A stretch of 64,000 nucleotides of DNA from Octopus sinensis (GCF_006345805.1 NC_043006.1:86986001-87050000); one strand, 5' to 3'. Positions 24,348-37,286 are shown, numbered from the stretch's first letter. Notes: generated from the letters alone by a model not told the origin. Numbers and translations are program-made.

Positions 24348-25667
24348 CAAGAGGGGTTACCCAAAAGTAATCAGAAACATCTCTGTGGGACAAGTCCATT
24401 GTAGTTCAGGCTTCTGCCACATGACGTGACCCTCCTGCATCAGTCTGCTGACCAGCAGTGTCCACTGAAGCCATACTGTTACATGGTGTGTCTTTGCTTT
24501 GCAGTGTTTCTTACCTGTTCATCAATTTTTGTGATGACTGAAACGAAGGAACAGCATGCTTCTGTGAAATTCTGTTTCCTGCTGGGGAAAACAGTGGCCG
24601 AAACAGTTGTCATGCTTCAAACAGCTTACAAGGATACTGTCATGAACAAAACACAAATTTACAAGTGGCATTCGTGCTTTAAAAATGGTCACTTCTCACT
24701 TGAAGACCAACTTTGTTCAGGGTGACCGTTGACCTCCCAAATGAATGAAAACATCACGAAAATTTATGAACTGATCTTGGAGAACCATTGCCAAACAATT
24801 GATGAACTTGTTGATATGACTGGTGTGTCCTGGAGTTCCTGTCAATGAATTTTGAATGAGGAATTGCAAATAAAAGGATTTGCAGCAAAATTTGTGCCTC
24901 ACTTGCTCACGGAAGATCAAAAGCAGTTACAACTGAATGCATGTTGAGAAGTGAAAGAACAGTTGAAAGTTGATCAAAACCATTTTTCGAAGGTCACTGC
25001 TGGTGACAAGAGCTGGTGCTACAGCTACAACCCAGAAATGAAGCAGCAATCAAGTCAATGGAAGCAGTCAATGTCACCACACACCAAAAAAGTGCATCAA
25101 GCAAAGTCCAATGGCAAGACAATACTGATATGTTCCATCGATGCAAAAGGAATTGTCCACACAGAATTTGTTCCTCCTGGTCAAACTATTAACCAGAAAT
25201 TTTACTTGGCATTTCTGAAGTGTTTGTGAGATGTGGTTAAATGAAAACACCTTGACCTGTGGTAAAGTTGAGAGTGGTGATTTCATCACGACAATATGCC
25301 TACATACACTCCCTTGAGTGTGAAACAGTTTTTGATCAAAAATGGCATGACCCCACTTGCCCACCCTCTTTTTTCACCTGTGATTCTTTATTGCTCCCTG
25401 TGACATTTTATTTTTGTTTTTGTTTCCCCAAATGAAAAAAGTCTTTAAAAGAAAACGTTTTATAGATGTAGAAGAGGTGAAGAAAAAAAATGATGGAGGC
25501 ATTAAAAGGCATCACTTCTCAAGATCTCCAGAACAGTGGAAAACGAATCTGCCCCGATGCATTGCTTCAAATGGAGAATACTTTGAAGGAGATAAAAGTA
25601 TAAATATGTAAAACTAAGTGGATAAAATAATACTGCAAAATTCTGGTTTCGTTTGGGCACCCCCTTG
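24348..25667 (+). mobile_element. Full-length (1320 bp) mariner transposon with pseudogenised transposase
   Basis: Imperfect TIRs CAAGAGGGGTTACCCAAAAGTAATCAGAA / TTCTGGTTTCGTTTGGGCACCCCCTTG with TA TSDs; fragments VKFCFLLGKT, VTAGDKSWCYSYNPE, IVHTEFVPPGQTIN, FHHDN, FLFPQMK. Confidence 0.95.
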
Positions 25668-25749
25668 TATATTATACATGCCTGTATGTATATGTGTGTG
25701 AAAATACACACACACAGATGCAAGCATGACTGCGTGGTTAAGAGGATTA

Positions 25750-25960
25750 CAGTAATGCCTTGACTATCATGGGTGTTACGTTCCAAAACCCCTGCAACAG
25801 GGAAAATCTATGAAGTAGAAACAGCACTGTACAGTATATTTTTATTTTTATAATTTGTATATATTTTATTATAAATGCAAAACAACACCATGGAGCTTAA
25901 ATAATAAACCACTGTAGGTGAACCGTGATAGGTGAATTGCAATATGACAAGGGATTATTC
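25750..25960 (+). mobile_element. pogo/Tigger-type MITE, copy 1
   Basis: TA-CAGTAATGCCTTG...CAAGGGATTATTC-TA; homologous along its length to 60394-60614. Confidence 0.75.
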
Positions 25961-27313
25961 TACTTTCCTCAGGTGGTTCTGGATTTAGATCTACTGAGCA
26001 GCACCTTGAATAAGTGCCTTCTACTAGTCCATTAGAGCCCTGTGTTGACCATGAATGTATCTGATAGACAGCAAAAGAGAGCAACCAGTTATATATGTAT
26101 AGCATGTGTGTGTGTGTGTGTGTGTGTGTGAATAATGGTATGCACATGCATGTGTGTGTTAGTGCGTTTGTTCACATTTTTGCTGTGTGAAAGTTGTAAC
26201 AGGCAGTGTTGTTGCTCACCTCAAAGCCTTTGAAGATATGTGAAAATAGAGATCCCTAATTTGTAAGACTGGTGAGTGTTAGCAACAGGAAGGGTGTCTA
26301 TTTGTAAAACAATATTTCAAGAATATATTCATCTAACCATATTAGTATGGAAAAAACAGATGTAATATGAGTGAATGAAGGAATACACACACACACACAC
26401 ACACACACACATACCCACACACACAAACACACATACACACACACAAACACACACACACACACATATATATGTATTGGGGTGTCACATAAATTACTTTGTT
26501 TTTTTCTACTTGTCACTCCATGATTACATATCAGAGAAGAGTTAAAATTTATTCAAATTTCATAAATGACTAACAAAGTTTGTAGAGGTAAAATAGAGTT
26601 ACAAGAACTCATCAAGCACTACAATAAAAATATTTTTCATGTTACTTCAAATTACATTGGAAAGGATTAATATAAACTGGAGGAAAAAAAACACAAATGA
26701 ATTCATTTGACAGCCCAATATATGTATCCTTGCCTATGCAAATTAACGGAGAGAGTATGCTTTACACAATATAGAGTTAAATATAACAACAATAGTAGAA
26801 GAACTGGGTTTTCAGCAGTTGTTTACTTCAAAATTTACATTGCCACTTTTGAAAAAAAACATCTTGTAATTGACAATACCATTGAACATTCACTGGAAAC
26901 AAGGCTAATAAAAATAAAGATTATTGCTTTGATATTAGAATTTTTTAGGATACTCACTTTCAGTGAATTAATAGTTTTCATTTTAAAGTGAAATGTTGAT
27001 TTGTAAAGTAACAGAACAAAACTCAGAGTAAACCTTTGTTGAAAACCAATTCCTTCTTTTGGTACTATTTCATGTATGTATATATATAAATATGTATGTA
27101 AGTACATGCATATGTATTAAGAAGCTTGTTTTCCACCCACATGATTCCAAGTTCAAACCCACTGCATGGTATTTACTGCTATAGCCTCAAGACAACCAAA
27201 GCCTTGTAAGTGAATTTGGTAGAGAGAAACTGAAACAGCATATTGTGTGTGTGTATGTGTGCATGTGTGTACATATGTATGCATATATGTATGCACATGT
27301 GTATATATATGTA

Positions 27314-28070
27314 TTAGGTTGTTTCACATGAAATGTCATATTTGAAAGGTAACAATAGAATATTTCAGAAGTGTTAGAGAACTGATTTATTTAATAAAAG
27401 TATGTTTCATGTTCATTTATGTTTACTCAACGTTTCTCTATGTCGTATATTCCATCTTTAAAAAACAAATTCATCTTTTGCTGTGATAAACTGTCCAAAT
27501 GCTTCACTTACTTCTTCCCTATTTAAGAATGTTTTATTGCTTATGCAAAGCTCAAAAATACTTAAATAAGTGATGATCAGTAGGAAAGACATCAAGGGAA
27601 TAGGGAGGATGCTGCAAAATCTCATAATTCAGGCTTGGCAACTTTTGGACTGTAGTTTAAGGAGTGTGAGGACGTACATGGTTGTGGAGCAAAATAGGGC
27701 CATCTCTATTCACTAGTCTAGGTTGCTTCTTTTTCAAATTCTCATGCATACAATCAATTTCCTGGCAATACAATGTTGCTGTTACCGTTTTTCCTTGTTG
27801 CAAAAATGAATAATGAATAACTCCCTTTACAGACCACTATACAGTGACTACAAACTTTTTAGGGTGCATTAGTGGGTTTGCGTGACTCTCCTGCACCTAA
27901 TCACTGTCATGTTCTCCAGCTGTTGTCACAGAGTATCCATTTCTCATTACAAGTAATGATTTGATGCAAAGAAAAGAGTCAAGATTAAATGCAAGGTATA
28001 CATAATTGAGTTTTTAAATGACTGAAATAACAAGTAATTAAAAATGCAACATTTCATGTGAAACAACCTA
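27314..28070 (-). mobile_element. Internally deleted Hsmar1-like mariner (catalytic half only)
   Basis: 21-bp perfect IR TAGGTTGTTTCACATGAAATG / CATTTCATGTGAAACAACCTA; minus translation FLHQIITCNEKWIL..., LLHNHVRPHT, LQHPPYSLDVFPTDHH. Confidence 0.9.
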
Positions 28071-28938
28071 CTGTGTGTGTAAGTGTTTGTGCCCACCACT
28101 GTTTGACAACCAGTGTTGGCTGGTTTACATCCCTGTAATTTAGCAGTTTGGCTAAAAGACTGATAGAATAAGTGACAAGCTTAGCAAAGAGATAAATACT
28201 GAGGTTGATTCGTTCTGCCAAAATCTTTCATGATAATACCTCAGCATGGCCTCAGTCCATTGACTGAAAGAAGTAAGAGATAAAAAAATCTGTTTTACCA
28301 TGCTAACAAGGATTTGATGAGAAGGTACTTGAGGCAGGTTTTTTTTATGTCAAATGATTTCTTTGTTAGCATCACCACTTGTTTTACAAGTAAGGGACGT
28401 TCTTCCAGAGGTATGTGAAAGCACAGGGATAGTAGATGGTTTGTTGACAGGAAATGTCAAGAAACATCACCAGTTGCAGCCCAGCAACAAACAGTGTCAT
28501 CACTGCTTGTAGTTCAGCAGAGACTGTATACGCTCACACACACACACACACAATGGGTTTCTTCCAGTTTCCTCAGTACCACTACCCTCAGCACAAAGCA
28601 ATTGTTAGTCCAAGGCACTTCTTTTCCAAGGTGCCACCCAGTCCAACTGGACGTGAAGCCCCGTGGTCAAGATGAAAACTTCTTTACAGCAAAGTCATGC
28701 TTGCATTTACACACACACACACACACACACATACACACACACTCACACACACACATATGTACAATAATGTATCTGTTCATTCTTAATACATCCTAGCAGA
28801 TCTGAACATGAGCATTTGATCACTTGTTTTTCACCAGAGGGAAATATATCTTCCCTGTAGATAGATATGTTATCGCTTGAATTCACACTCTTCTGTGGGT
28901 GCCCATGATTTATTACATATATTTAAATTCTATGAAAC

Positions 28939-28969
<31 letters not shown>

Positions 28970-28995
28970 TGTATGTATGTATGTATGTATGTATC

Positions 28996-29028
<33 letters not shown>

Positions 29029-29082
29029 ATATATGTGTGTGTGTGTGTGTATGTGTGTGTGTATGTATGCATGTATGTGATG

Positions 29083-29589
29083 TCTATCAATACAACATAC
29101 TTAATGTAGGTGTGTAGTAGAAATTCCAGAAACTGTGGTTTTTGTACAGGGAAAAATCCCTTTATTGATATATTGTGTTAGAAACACAATACACTTCAGT
29201 GCTAGGTGAAACAAAATCACCCAAGAAGTGACCATGAGAACGACAGATACATATTTTGCTTTTTTTTTGTGGCTTATCAATGCCATATACTCATATCACT
29301 TCCAAAACAAAATCGAATTGGCTCATCTGATGTATATACATGCACAGCATAAACTATACTCAGGTTTGCAAAGGTGCCACATAAGCAGAATAAATTTGAA
29401 TTATGCAATGAAAAAGTAGCTCTCTAGTAAAAAATTGTATCAATACACTATACTCAATGTATATTGTGTAGTTGAAATGCTAGAAGCTGTGGTTTTTACA
29501 TCCAGGAAAAATCACTTTATAGATATATGTTAGAAACTATATTGTGTTTTTTAGCACAATACATCTATTAAGTATGTTGTATTGACAGA
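29083..29589. mobile_element. TIR element with internal duplication of its left about 100 bp
   Basis: 19-bp perfect IR TCAATACAACATACTTAAT (29087-29105 / 29567-29585); 29085-29185 repeated, diverged, at 29438-29537. Confidence 0.65.
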
Positions 29590-30502
29590 TGTTTTGCTAT
29601 AGAGCTACTTCCATTACATAATTTGAATACACACATATGTATATACACACACACAAATACGTAGTTACATAGATCAACTAGGAGTAACCGCAAGAAAAGT
29701 AAATGTTGTCATCACAAATAGTCTCAAAAATTTTTATGATTCCGCATTGCTGATGGAAGTCTTCTTGAAAATAGCCATGCAAAAATATAAGAACTGAACT
29801 TCTTAGAAGACAGAATTGTTGTTGATAAAGAAGCAAACAGATGTTTTGTAATTGAAACTACCTGTAGCAAGTATGTTGTACTAACAGAATGTAAAAGAAT
29901 TGCCTAAGAATCAGGTTCTACATATCTCTATAATGTATAATAGAACAACTGTGATACGATGTGTAATGAAATGTCTAGGATCAACTCTTAGAGAATGTTT
30001 TGCCTAATATTTAACAAACAGGGGTTCAATATAATTTTATAAATCAAAATATTTGGATTCTTTATGAGTGTGGTAGCATTTCAGAAGTCAGGTTTCTGCC
30101 TGCAGTCCCACATAGAATTTTAGATATAAGGAAAAAAGAAAAAGATAAAGATTTGGGACAATTGTGTAAAACCAGAGTTTTTACATGAATTTTGACTTTG
30201 TTATTGTTGTTGTTACACTGCTATTGTTGAAAACATAACTCAACTGTATAAATGAAATTTTTTCTGTTAAGTATTTATTCAAATGCTCATGATATTTTTT
30301 TTGTAAATGTTAATTTTGTGGTAGAAATTGTTAGTGTGCTTTTTTTATACATTTATTATTGATATTATTAATACTATTATTGTTATTATTATTAATGTTA
30401 TTATTGCTATTTGGAGTGTGTCACTGTCACATTACTTTAGTTTTCCTGGGGAAATATTTCATAAACATTTTGATGTGAAAGCAATAATAATAATAATAAT
30501 AA

Positions 30503-30869
30503 TGCTTTCTAATTCATGTATCAATACCAGCAGATGACAACATGTCTCTAAAAGAAATGGAGAAACTTTCAAAATACAAAGACCTGGAAATAGAGGTAAC
30601 TAGAATGTGGAATCTAAAAACAGAAACAATTCCTATCACAGCATTAGGCATGATAAAAAAATATTCAGACAAATACATAACAAAAACACCAGGACTTACA
30701 AACACATATAACATACAGAAAATTGCACTACTAGGCACTGCATACATCCTATGCAGAACACTTTCAATACAGTGACCATCAGAGCATCGCAACAAATCAC
30801 AGCACATACCTAAGGCAGACAGAGCTGTGCTCGGTAGTGAAGTGAAAGCATGCTATAAAAATAAAACTA

Positions 30870-30870
<1 letters not shown>
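30503..30870 (+). mobile_element. 5'-truncated R4/Dong-like LINE (restriction-like endonuclease C-terminus and 3' UTR) in (TAA)n
   Basis: ORF 30542-30775 EKLSKYKDLEIEVTRMW...QKIALLGTAYIL is the typical RLE C-terminus; flanked by (AAT)n on both sides. Confidence 0.85.
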
Positions 30871-30920
<50 letters not shown>

Positions 30921-30924
<4 letters not shown>

Positions 30925-31272
30925 GTGGGGGAGCATCATAGCCATGTGTTGAGAGGGATTCTTTGGGGTTTGAATAATTCAATTTTGGAAACATGGGTGT
31001 TTCGTTCATCATCCTAAAGCAACCCTTATTCAGGGACCTTTTGAGCGGGATGGGCTACTCGGCCTGAAGAAAATTCTAACTGGGTCCCACCTGCAAGGTC
31101 ATGTGCTGTTTATCTTGATATGAGATCACCATGTCGCGCACATATGGTTGTGATGCATGTGCCTGGTGTACCCTTATCAGACGGGTAGTCATGATGGGTA
31201 TACTGGGCTTTGTATATTTTACCCCAGTGTCACTTTGATGGCATGCACTGCTCTCTCACTCAATAATAATAA
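30921..31272 (+). mobile_element. Non-coding (TAA)n-tailed retroposon, copy 1
   Basis: Homologous to about 53400-53745; identical 3' end GATGGCATGCACTGCTCTCTCACTCAATAATAA. Confidence 0.8.
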
Positions 31273-31469
31273 TAAAAGCAAAAGAAAAAAAAATGTCTGC
31301 AATGATGAATAAATTTTTGTTTACCCTCTCTTCAGCCACTAAACTCTCTCTGGTAAGTACTCCAATGAAAGAATTTTCATTCAGCAATGTTTTAACTAAA
31401 GATGGATCTCTGAACAAAGAACAGAACATATCTAAATACTATGACAGTCAATAACAGAAATAATTCTTT

Positions 31470-32765
31470 CCATTTGTGTTATAAGGCTAACAATTTTGAA
31501 GGGAGAGTGTAAGTTGACTTTTTCAACCCCAAATTCTGGAAGTAACCCATAGGTTCCAGCTCGAAAGTCCCTCCAGATGAGACCAGCCAGTTGATCCCTC
31601 CCAATGTCCAGAACCTCTCCAAGAACAACGTCACTCTTACCACCCACTAATCCCCTGTAGAACTCCAAGGTGGAACTTCCATCAACTGCATTGACCAACT
31701 GGCCAAGGTTTGTGAGCACTTGGAGACACTCCAGGTGCCAAGCGCCCTGCCTTAGTCTATGCCTGATCCAGGATTGTTGCCCCATCAAGATGAGCTGCAA
31801 AAAGTGCGTCCAACAAACAGCGACTACACTTGCTCACCATTAAGGTATTGCTGGAGATGTCACAGTATCAGCACATGTCTGCACATCATCAGCCACAGCA
31901 TGCCCAGTCCTCCACACAAGGGTGCTGACAGCAAATGGACTGTCTGACAAGTGGTACCTGTCTCTTCCACAGGTAGCAGAAGAGTAAGCACACCAGCCCA
32001 TTCAGCCATGATGCGAGACAAGGGATAACAGTCAGGCCATATCATATGACAGATGCGATATGCACATTCACCACGTCCACCTGACATTTCAGGGACAGCT
32101 TCCTCACGACCCATTTCTGGGTGAGACTGGCCACCCTGTCTGTTACCTTCTCACAGTTCTTGTCCACTTGGAGGTCCAGACCAAACCAGACCCCAAGCAA
32201 CTTAACTGGTCCTTCTGTCCAGTGTCCCATAATGCTGTTGGTCAGCAAGGACCTACCTCTCTAGGTGTCAAGCTGAAGGCCCACTGACTTCTCCTGGCTA
32301 ATCATTGCTCCTGTCACTGCTTCATATTCCTTTAGGATAGTGCTGATCATTTTGATCTCTGAGACGTCTGACACCATCATGGTAATGTCGTCTGCATTTG
32401 CCAACATGAACCTTTAGCATCCTAGTTCATATGGGATGCTCCTCAAAAACATCAACGCTACTGAAACCTTTTGATTGATCCAAATTGATCAGGGCCCCAC
32501 CCATGCCAAGTTTTTTACCAATCCTCTCTATGATGTATTGCGTGAGGTGGAGGTTGTTGTAGATAGATCTGTTGGGGATAGTGCTGGTGAGCAGCACTTC
32601 TCTCTGTGCCCTCACTTTCCTTTTCAAGTGAAACTTGAAAACGTTGATGAGGGTTTGGTCAAAAAGTTGATGATCCCTTTCAATCTGGTCCACCACTTAA
32701 CCTCTTTTGCTAAGGTCACCAGACAAAACACTGACTGCCCTTCCCAGACTAAGGATGGCAGTGGG
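31470..32765 (-). pseudogene. Tx1/L1-clade ORF2 remnant, rearranged
   Basis: Minus fragments ALINLDQSKGF..VD, ANADDIT (YADD-like, 32387-32395), KLLGVWFG, KLSLKCQVDVVN; a C-terminal-like segment (KWWTRLKG...HLKRKVR) lies upstream of the RT motifs. Confidence 0.8.
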
Positions 32766-32769
32766 AAAA

Positions 32770-34200
32770 CCTTCACAATGAAACATACATATCAATTTCT
32801 TGACCATCACATTCTGCCTTTAGAGCAAAAGGGCTGCCACCGAAATTCCTATGGCTGTAAAAACCAACTTCTAATTCACCAAATGATACTTAAAAAACTG
32901 TTCCTCTAAAAGCCATAATCTTAGCATAGCTTGGATAGATTATCACATGGCATTTGATAGTGTCCCTCACTTATGGATCACAAAAGCTCCAGACTTGTAC
33001 AAAATATCACTAATTATTAAAGGTTTTCTTCACCAAAGTATGGGCATGTGGTACACAAAATTGTACCTCAATCACAATAAAGGCACAAATACATCTAGCA
33101 GTATTAAGATTAATTGAGATTTGTTGTCCCCTTTGCTTTTTTGGCTTAGCTCTCATACCTCTCTCACATGAATTAAGCCACACACAATATGGACATGAAA
33201 TCTTTGATAGGGCCATCACATAACGCTTTTATATTGAAGACCTAAAGCTGTGTGCAAAAAATGATTATGATTTGGAGGGATTACTAACAACTATGAAAAG
33301 ATTAAGCAACAATATTAACATGGAATTTGGTTTGGATAAGTGCACCTAAGCAATATTTAAATGGGGAAAACTTATTTCTACATCTTATGTCATCAAAGAA
33401 TTAGACACTGTCATCAAAGAATTAGACCAAGGTACAGCATGCAAATATCTGGGAAAAGATGAAGAGAAAGGGGTCCAGCACAGCTACAGAGAGGGAAAAC
33501 TCAGGAAATATTATAGGAGAGTAAAGCTGATTATGAAAATGGAATTGAATTTCTAGAGCAGGATTCAACCCATTAATTCACTTACTATCCCAGAAGTACA
33601 GTACAGCTATAATATAATTAACTGGAATATAAATGAACTGCAACAAATGGACACCATAATGAGAAAACTAATGACAGCAAGCAAACTGCATTGTCCATAA
33701 GCTAACGTGCATAGAACCTATGTTCCCTGAAAAGAGGGTGGTAGAGGCCTCATCCAGCTAGAATTATCCTACCAGAGAACTACAAAAGAATTTAATTCAT
33801 ACACCTAGAATGACTACAATTGGAAGATGCAGCTAGTAAATTGACACAAAAGGAACAAAAGGTTACATTCTGTATTTAAAGAGGCACAGAAGTATAAAAT
33901 AGAATTAAACTTAGATGTAAATGATAATGACAAAGCTTCAATATCAAAAAAAAGCAGAAAAATACAAATACAAAAAACTAAAAAAAAAGCTTGAAAAAAA
34001 CTTATAAACAAATGACACTCCACGGTCAGTATCAAAAATGAACAAGGAGAGCAGATATAAATAAAGAACACATCAACGGTTGTACAATTGAGGTTTTAAG
34101 GTAGAAACTGAAGGTTTATAATGGCAGCTCTAAATCAATCTTTATTCACTACAAACTACCAAGCAAACATTCTCCACAATGGTACTGACCCAAACTGTGG
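32770..34200 (+). pseudogene. R4/Dong-like LINE reverse transcriptase remnant
   Basis: LEQKGC..NSYGCKNQLL, FDSVPH, IEDLKL (MDDLKL-like), EFGLDKC, EGGRGL, LHGQY, ETEG..AA..QSL.T.NY motifs with stops and frameshifts. Confidence 0.88.
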
Positions 34201-35410
34201 CATATCTTCTAGCTCTTTATGTTCTGTGTTCAAATCCTACCAAGGTGAACTTTGCCTTTCATCTTCCTAGTAATCTCATGTTCACCGATTTTGTTTTGCA
34301 ATGTGTCATGCAAGCATTTAAGCATAATCCTAGCTTTTCTGACCATCTTGCATCATTACAATATGAAAGTTGACATATATTACAAAACATCAAGAAAAAT
34401 TACCAAGAACACAGTTGGGTATAAAATAATATTTTCTTCCTCAAACCTCTCTATTTTCTTCCCTCTAAACAATTTTAATCAAAATGAAAACTCATAAAAA
34501 AAGTGTATATAATTTAAAAAAAGATCCAGAAGATAATTTAGAAAATAGATGAATTAAATTTAAGCAGTATTAATAAAGTATTGATAATAATTTGCAAGGA
34601 AGATAATGAGGCCATTAGAGAAGATAAAATGATTAAAATCGCCACCTACCATGAAAATAAAAATAAAATGAAAGTCACCCACAAAAATTTTTATTGGGAA
34701 TGGCAATTTTTTTATAGATGTGAGAATAAATATTAAAATAATTGGACATAAATATAAGGTGCTATTATATTGCATAAATATAAGGTGCTATTATATTGCA
34801 GTAGTGCTAATATGATTGTGAGAAGTACTGCTCCAAAAAAATAACCTAATCATATTAGTTTGGGAAAAATTGATTTTAAACTACAATGGGAATGAAAAGA
34901 AAATAGAATAAGAAGTATATATAATTTCCTTTCACACAGAAAAAGACTAATTTTTTGAAGGTAAGAAGTTTACTGCATATTACTGAGGGGGTTTCTATCG
35001 AGGAAAATTAAGACATACAAATTGTGTCATAAAAATTTATTAATTCTCTACAAGATATTCACTTTATTGTTGGTCTAAAATAATTTTAGGGAGTTAACCC
35101 TCTAAAGAGAGCACACAGTTCTGATAGATGAAAGTAGGAATCACTGTTCTGCTTTAGTTGGTTTATCTTTCACCTTCAGTGCAAGCAGAAGCACACATGC
35201 TCTCTAGGTATATTTATATTTGAGTTACTATCCAGAATGAATTAGCTGGAGATGTAAATTCTTATTCTGATTATGGACAGACAAATAAAAGCTTCATAGG
35301 ATATCAATAATTTCAATTACCATGATGACTGAAAAGCTAAAGTTTTCAGGTTCTAGCCCCTCAACAGGTAGCAAATGAATTCAACAATTTCTTTGGATTC
35401 CACACTTTAC

Positions 35411-35459
<49 letters not shown>

Positions 35460-35476
35460 CATATATATATATATAT

Positions 35477-35941
35477 GTGGTACCAGTGCCGGTGGCACAC
35501 AAGAAAACAAAACAATCCGAACGTGGCCATAGCCAGTACCGCATCGACTGGCCTCCGTGCTGTGGGCACGTAACAAACACCATCCAATCGTGGCCGTTCG
35601 CCAGCCTCATCTGGCACTTGTGTCGGTGGCACATAAAAAAAAACACCATCCGAGCGTGGCCGTCTGCCAGCCTCGTCTGGCACCTGTGTCGGTGGCACAT
35701 AAAAAAAAACACCATCCGAGCGTGGCCGTTCGCCAGCCTCGTCTGGCACCTGTGTCGGTGGCACATAAAATCACCCACTACACTCTCGGAGTAGTTGGCG
35801 TTAGGAAGGGCATCCAGCTGTAGAAACACTGCCAGATCTGACTGGCCTGGTGCAGCCTTCGGGCTCCCCAGACTCCAGTTGAACCGTCCAACCCATGCTA
35901 GCATGGAAAGCGGACGTTAAATGAGGATGATGATGATGATG

Positions 35942-35943
<2 letters not shown>
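35477..35943 (+). mobile_element. 5'-truncated copy of the modular retroposon
   Basis: Near-identical to 1283-1815; units at 35625, 35691 and 35757 (66-bp spacing because of A9 runs); same tail; begins right after (TA)n. Confidence 0.9.
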
Positions 35944-36006
<63 letters not shown>

Positions 36007-36265
36007 TAGAAGAAATGAGGTAATCAGAAGATCGGATGGTTCATATTTATAGATATTTATTTATATATTACATTTTTTACATATATATATCATATCATTC
36101 AGATTATTAGCGCTTTCTCCCATTCCAGTGGGGTTTTCAAATCAAATTAATTTCTTTGTGGGGAATTTGGTCATTTTATAGAGTTTCGTAGTAGTGGGGA
36201 GGAACAAGATAGTATAAGAGGGTGAAGTAGATGAGGAGGAAGTGAGAGAGAGAACATGTGTGTAT

Positions 36266-36297
<32 letters not shown>

Positions 36298-36784
36298 TTG
36301 TATCTGAGGCTAAAGAGAAAAAGGGGAAGGGGGAGGGGGAGAGGGTAGAAGAAGAAGAAGGATTTCCTTTGGCCTGTTGGACCCCCTGGGGAGTTCTAAG
36401 AATTTTAGCTCTCTGTCCATTCTGGTGTCACTGAGTGTGTGTTGGTGGGTAGGCTAGCCAGAAATTACACCTTTTATGATTTTGGGGATGGACAAATGTC
36501 ATTTGGGGTCATACTTTGTATGATCGTTTTGTGGAGGTGTGTGTGTGTCTTTGTGTGTCCGTGTGTGTTTGTGTGTGTGTGTGTCTCTGTGTGTTTGGAG
36601 AAGGGGAGAGAGACAAAAAGAGGAAAATAAAAATAAAAATAAAAATAAAAATAAAAAAATAAAAAATAAATAAAAATAAGGGAGGAAATGGAGAAGAAAA
36701 AAATATTTTTTCATGTTGATATTTATACCACTACATATATATACACACACAGACTTATACATAAAATATTTGAAAAAAAACCTT

Positions 36785-36932
36785 AATGAACAACCAAATT
36801 ACACCATCTTGAAAATTGTATATCATAGGAAAGTTAAAATTAAAGTGACAATTAAAAAGTAAGGATGGAAGTAAATTATAAAGATAATAATATAATGTAT
36901 ATAACAGGCAATATATATATATATACATACAC

Positions 36933-36978
<46 letters not shown>

Positions 36979-37232
36979 AGACATATACTAAATGTTCTAC
37001 TATATTAGATTGTAAATCGAAAGATGCGTCCTTCAATGTCACTATATATATATATACATGCTTACACATGAAATATTAGAGTGTTAACCCAACTTCTATC
37101 GAATCAAAATGAACAATCAAATTACACCATCTTGAAAATTGCATATCATAGGAAGGTTAAAATTAGAATGACAATTGGCAAGTAAAGATCAAGTAAATTA
37201 CAAAAACAATATAATGTATATAACAGGTAACA
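36785..37232 (+). repeat. Diverged direct duplication of about 125 bp (36785-36910 / 37108-37232), each followed by (TA)n
   Basis: Shared AATGAACAA(C/T)CAAATTACACCATCTTGAAAATTG...TATAATGTATATAACAGG. Confidence 0.85.
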
Positions 37233-37236
37233 TATA

Positions 37237-37286
<50 letters not shown>

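Noticed and set aside
34747-34798. Exact 26-bp tandem duplication
   Set aside because: Simple local slippage with no further structure.
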